Shown one piece after another: positions 58,095-64,000 of a DNA stretch of 64,000 nt. Positions within the stretch are counted from its first letter, which is position 1, and each line of letters starts with the position of its first letter. The notes beneath the pieces were generated by a model. That model was not told the origin of the DNA, did no database searches, and saw only the letters and a program-made list of their open reading frames with translations. Origin of the DNA: Eledone cirrhosa (lineage: Eukaryota); contig OZ024752.1 of assembly GCA_964016885.1 (NCBI GenBank), positions 1,178,001-1,242,000 on the forward strand, given 5' to 3'. A program made the position numbers and the translations under genes.

Positions 58095-58891
58095 TTCAAG
58101 GTTAGAAATTCTTTTGCAAGAAAGAATGAAAAACACGCAGGCTGCCTTGATTTTACGAGCCATTGCTCGTTCTGTGATTGACAGTTGATGGATGAGTACA
58201 TATACAAAGAACGGTCACAGTAGCGACATCTGTAATTTAGTAATGTCGAACACATAATGATAGAAGAAAACAAAATAATTCCATCACCACACAAAGCTAC
58301 ATGTTAATTAGCGAAGACCATCATATATTCAATGGAGGCTACATATATACTGCAAGTTGTTTCTATTTTTATAAGCACATATATTTTGGTTATATTGCGT
58401 CATTGAGCTATATAATCGCCAGGTTACTTGCGGTGGATATTATGACACAATACCTCCCATACAACTATTTAAATCACTTCATACTTTCAATAGCGATATA
58501 ATCTCTTACCTGGTAAACTCAATATTATATCACTATCACAGAAAAAAAAAATTAAATCAGATATTAAAACATTATCAAACAATATTCATGTCAGTAAAAT
58601 TTCAAGTTTAACTGGAAAAACCAGAGTATTTTTAATGGGAAGTTCATATTTATGTAGGACAAGACTGACCCTTCCATTGTATGGCACTATTACATCTTAC
58701 AAGTGACTATTCGTCAAAGATATGTAGGTAGATATGAATAAAGACAAACAATTACTCTACTCCTGGCAATAGTAATGCGCGAACCTTCAAATAATTCAGA
58801 AAATATTCGTAATAAAACTCAAGGAAAAAAAATACAAGATAAAATATATAGTGTCCAGCTGTTATAAAAACGTAACGTATAATGATATTCA

Positions 58892-59030
58892 GTGGATTGG
58901 CAGTATCGGTGGATGCTGTAGAGCATAGAGATATGGCCCTTTAAGATCCGAGTTCAAATCCTGCTGAGATTAGCTTTGCCTTTCATCCTTATGGGGTCGA
59001 CCACTGATGCACTGGAGTCGATTTAATTAA
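58892..59030 (+). mobile_element. Diverged SINE copy
   Basis: GTGGATTGGCAGTATCGG...GAGTTCAAATCC...CTTTCATCCTTATGGGGTCGA. Confidence 0.75.
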
Positions 59031-59236
59031 CTTTCCTGCCTTCCGAATAATATTGACTTTATATAATAATGATAGGCTTAATATATTTCTATTAAATTAC
59101 TGAATATTTTTATATGCGTATGGAATTTGAATACATTTAAATTGTGTTTAGTTATTTATATTAATAACTAACAATTAACGTATATCCTTCTGTGATTATT
59201 AAACAAATACCTTTATATAGCATTATCAATCATCAG

Positions 59237-59418
59237 CGGTGAATTGGCAGTATCGATAAAGGGTCGGACGCCATGCTTTCCAGCATAGCTACGTCCCTTT
59301 ACGATTTGAATTCAAATCCCGTCGAGGTTAACTTTGCCTTTCATCCTTACGGGGTCGATAAAATAAAGTACCAGTAATGTACTGGGTAATAGCTGGCCTC
59401 GTGCCAAAAGTAGAAACA
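59237..59418 (+). mobile_element. SINE copy, 15-bp TSD
   Basis: TSD ATTATCAATCATCAG at 59222-59236 and 59419-59433. Confidence 0.93.
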
Positions 59419-61994
59419 ATTATCAATCATCAGTATTTTACTTATAGTATCACCAATATCTTTAAATTAGCAATAAATAGTAAAACGGAAATGGTGTTTT
59501 TCAAGGTGGCTCCACCTACGTGTAAGTTCTGGAATGCTAGACGTGAATCTAAAGAACTTATGTTTTAACGTGTCAAAGATTCCAAATTGTAATTACTACA
59601 TCGAATGACAAATGAGATAGGTGAGAATAAAAAGAAAAATCCGATTTTTACACTAAAAATGAAGATAAATACACGAAATATCATAAAAAAATTGCAAATA
59701 CAAAAATGAACGATTTTACAGAGCTATCACGTCATTTGAATGGCAAGTAGCCAGATATATGCAAGTTATATTGACAAAAGATGATCACAAAAGGTCAGCG
59801 CTAGTAATTTGTTGACCTAATCGATAGAATTGGTCTTAAGATTTGGCAACATGTTTCGAAATAAGAATTTTGATTTCTGAGCTTTTGTTCTGGATCTGAT
59901 ACTGTCATGTACATATAAATAGGAATTTACTGCGATACTCACCTCTGTTGAACCTTTCATTTCATTTCATGCAACCTTTCCTATTGTTCGTTTCAATAAT
60001 GCATTTTGATACTGCTTCTGGATGTACATATATACAGATGCATACGTACAGCATAAATCACAGAAACCTACTTATACAACTACATACTATTGATTGGATA
60101 TATTTAGTATGGTCTCAAATGGAGGGTATTTTACTGCAGAACAGGATCGATTCCAGATAAATATTACCGTTACTATTTTTGACGTATTCCGCACTGAGAG
60201 GTAAATATCTGAATGAAGTGACCATGAAGCCAAAGGTTTATGTCATATTGATTAATCTCCTCAGTGTTGCAACTAAGAATAAAATGTATCTCTATTTCTT
60301 TATTCAGTTGGAATATGAATTTTATCTGAAATAGAACCATGACAAAAGTTACATGTATTGCGCATTTCCTTGAAGTTCCGTGAAAAGGCAATTGGCTTGC
60401 ATTTGACTTTAACTGAATGCAGATTGAGAGCTCAGAATCTTTTCATTCTCCCAATCAATTGACAGAAAATTACAAAGAATAATATATTCACATGTCATTA
60501 CATGATTCTTTTGCTTTTCTCTTTCCATTGAAACTTATGTGTTCATATACTGCAACCGTTTAGGTAAGAAACTTGTTGCTTAACCTCAAGAGTTGCAGTG
60601 AAGCATTATTGCCTATGGGATATGCATATCTAGACATGTGAATAGAATTACGAGTAAGAACGTTACAAAGGACAATCCCACTAAGTCATGCCATGTTTTC
60701 AAATCAATTATTCCTGTGAGGTAGATATCATGAATTTGAATCTTAAATAAAGACAAAAATTCATCAGCAGCTTCCGCAGCGGTCAAATCCCTATCATACG
60801 TTTGCAGTTACTATACTAAATGTTACATAAGTATGTTTCACCTTTTCGTGGCTATTCCTTTGATAAAATCGATATTTAGCTTTTGTTTTTAGTCGTACTT
60901 TTTCACCATCTGAACACAATTATACGTTTGGATATCTGAGAATCTTATTGTAAATTATGAATTGTTAATGATCCATACATCACACATGCTGGGAAATCAA
61001 TATACTTTGCTCTAAATAATGTCTCATTATTATTTAATTCGTGCAATATTCTAATTTCTTTTTACAGTAAACATACAATCCTGTATATGCAGGTATCTGT
61101 CATTTCCTTGCATAACTTATTAAACCTAAATAAAGATGAAGCGTGGCAGAATTTACCTCCTCTGATAACCAAATTTGAAACACATATACGCAAACACTCA
61201 CACCCATACATTCACACACTCAGATACGCTAACAGACACACATACACGCTAATATTCCTCATTTGTCGCTTACTTTGTAGAGATAAACGAAATGGTGAGA
61301 AAACAATATACAATTTTCAGTATTGTATTTTGTCTATGAGAATCTCACTTAATATTCCCAAACTGTTATCTTAAGTAATTTGAAAAGCATTGATTAATTT
61401 TTCTTGATGTAGAATCACCTTAATAAACTTCTAATTAAGTATTTAGTAAAAATATTTTCAGAATATTTTGGTCTCAAACTTCTATTTTAATTAACTTAAT
61501 TTTATTAAGCCTAGTAAAGCATTTTGTAAAAATATTTTCAGAATAATTTCGAGAATAATTTATTTCAAATTTATATTTTAATTGCCAGTTTAAAGCATAC
61601 AAATTATGTTCAGGAAAATATTCTAAGCAACATTAATAGTTTGGAAAACGTCTACTTAAAAGAAAAACAAACCCTGATTAGGCAGATAAATATAAACTAG
61701 TATAAATAATATGAACTATTTCTGAAGTTGAATTAACATAGTTCTGCATTATAGTGACACATCTTAAATCTCTATTTAATAAAATCAATCAACGTTTAGC
61801 GAGTATCTAACATGAGGTTCTAAAACAGTACATTTTACGAAACGATTATCTTGTAATTTTGTCATTTCTCTGCTATTATTGTGTATATAATAACTGTAAT
61901 AAGCAAAAAGCATCTTAATCTGTTAATCATTTTCAAATCCTGATCAATGTTAAATCATATTTTTTGAACTGAACACACCTAGGTGTGAACTCGA

Positions 61995-62288
61995 CATTCT
62001 GAAATGCTCACGCCATCCACCACTACCGATCATTCTGAAATGCTCACGCCATCCACCACTACCGATCATTCTGAAATGCTCACGCCATCCACCACTACCG
62101 ATCATTCTGAAATGCTCACGCCATCCACCACTACCGATCATTCTGAAATGCTCACGCCATCCACCACTACCGATCATTCTGAAATGCTCACGTCATCCAC
62201 CACTACCGATCATTCTGAAATGCTCACGTCATCCACCACTACCGATCATTCTGAAATGCTCACGTCATCCACCACTACCGATCATTCT
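61995..62288. repeat. 36-bp minisatellite, 8 copies
   Basis: Unit CATTCTGAAATGCTCACG(C/T)CATCCACCACTACCGAT. Five C-variants are followed by three T-variants. Confidence 0.97.
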
Positions 62289-62317
62289 AATATAAATAAA
62301 AGAAGCACTATCTAGAA

Positions 62318-62958
62318 CAGGCATGGGCAACCTTTTTCGAGAAAAAGGCCGCATGAGATATGGCTCATCATCAGGCGGGCCGCATGAGATATGGCTCATC
62401 ATCAGGCGGGCCGCATGAGATATGGCTCATCATCAGGCGGGCCGCATGGGATATGGCTCATCATCAGGTGGTCCACATGAGATATGGCTCATCATCAGGT
62501 GGGCCGCATGAGATATGGCTCATCATCAGGCGGGCCGCATGGGATATGGCTCATCATCAGGTGGGCCGCATGAGATATGGCTCATCATCAGGCGGGCCGC
62601 ATGGGATATGGCTCATCATCAGGCGGGCCGCATGAGATATGGCTCATCATCAGGCGGGCCGCATGAGATATGGCTCATCATCAGGTGGGCCGCATGAGAT
62701 ATGGCTCATCATCAGGTGGGCCGCATGAGATATGGCTCATCATCAGGCGGGCCGCAAGCGCTAATTTACATTCGCGCCCACATTAATGTTTTGATTTGTT
62801 TCATCAGAATTTGTAGACGTTGTTTTCCTCGATCGTAAAAATTATAGAAAGATAAATTACGACTGAAAAGTTGAGGTAAACAACTCAGAAAGATTTCACT
62901 TAGGTGACTTAGGTGAGCCATTCAGAAAGCTTCGTGGGCCACAGGTTGCCCATGACTG
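62318..62958. mobile_element. hAT (Charlie-like) MITE containing about 13 copies of a 31-bp minisatellite
   Basis: 16-bp TIRs CAGGCATGGGCAACCT / AGGTTGCCCATGACTG. 8-bp TSD ATCTAGAA / ATCTATAA. Array of GGCCGCATGAGATATGGCTCATCATCAGGCG at 62347-62755. Confidence 0.92.
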
Positions 62959-64000
62959 ATCTATAACGTAAATCAGATATTAAGTCTAGTTGTTCTTTCC
63001 GACTCCTACCGTCTTACGAAATCTCTCTGTTAATAACGAATCTTTCATCCATACTGAATTAATTCATAGTTTCTTATCCTTTGTGGTTAACCTATAATAC
63101 GGCGAGAAATGTTTCTTTATTTCTTTCACTGTAATGAAAATTCTAATATACAAAAAGGACTAGAATTCTTAATGATAATTAATATATATGTATCTTTTCC
63201 CATGTTTGGTGTTACCTTCGGCTTATTTCACATAAATTTAAGGACGTATGTATATCATCTAGCATGAATAATTCTGATAGTTATGTGGTGATTCTCAATG
63301 AGAGTAATATTTAAAGCTAAAGATCATTCTTTTCAATGAAATCTATTAATGAGAAACCATTGAAATTACATTTGTGACTTTTGATCCAAAGAATCTTATA
63401 ATGTTTCTTACTAGTCTTCAACCTTACTTCTTTTGAAGAAAGTTATAGATGGAATTTGCTGTTAAAAAGGTTTACATATATGCTTTCGCATATCATCTCA
63501 ATTCTTTGTGAAGCAAACTCACTTTTGAACTATTTACGACTTCCTACTCCTCCCCCTGACAAGTTTGTATCTTTGCTGCTTACTAACCATGCATATAAAT
63601 TCACTTTCTATCCATAAAAATGAAGAATAAAAACACTGTTAGTTGTGGAAAACAAATCAATAATCCTATTAACTTATATGGTTAGATCGATGCTGGCAGA
63701 AAGTGAGCAGCGCATGCTTTAGAACAGGATAGTAGGATTATTAAAAATAAGTGTTACCATGGTGAATATGTAGAAAATCCGAAATCATCTCCAAATAAAT
63801 GCACATAGAAAGAAATTGTGATAAGAGAATTAACACCAACAAAATTATATTATGATAACAACGCTAATAATACATTGTCACTCGTCACCCAGTTTTAACC
63901 AAGAAAGATTACGTTTACATACATATCTGGTCTGCAGAGTGAATATGCTAAAAATGATACCAGGAATATAAAAATCCTAATTGAAAAAAAGGAAGTCCAC

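Noticed and set aside
61995-62755. 36-bp and 31-bp arrays as CRISPR or as mucin-like CDS
   Set aside because: The units are contiguous with no unique spacers, there are no cas genes and the context is eukaryotic. No splice or homology support for coding

Overview
AT-rich eukaryotic (animal) intergenic or intronic DNA, dense in (TA)n/(CA)n/(CT)n microsatellites. The repeat repertoire resembles a cephalopod such as Octopus (inference). No intact host gene can be supported, and most ORF-track entries are microsatellite translations. The window is a nest of transposons. It holds about 17 copies of a tRNA-derived Meta-domain-like SINE (several with 13-17 bp TSDs that begin ATTAT), a decayed R4/Dong-type RLE LINE in a (CATA)n tract plus two more 3' pieces, and a decayed Rep/Hel Helitron with two non-autonomous Helitrons. 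It also holds a young 5'-truncated CR1-like LINE, RTE fragments, Penelope-like RT/GIY-YIG fragments and hAT MITEs. The most notable signal is a set of about eight type I hammerhead-ribozyme motifs in short non-coding Penelope pLTR or retrozyme-like units with inverted repeats. Two of these ribozymes are split by later insertions (a Helitron and a CR1), and a nearby unit carries a tRNA-like Pol III cassette. Also present are a 562-bp indel-free inverted repeat, a SINE that captured 60 bp from 8.5 kb away, and three minisatellites.
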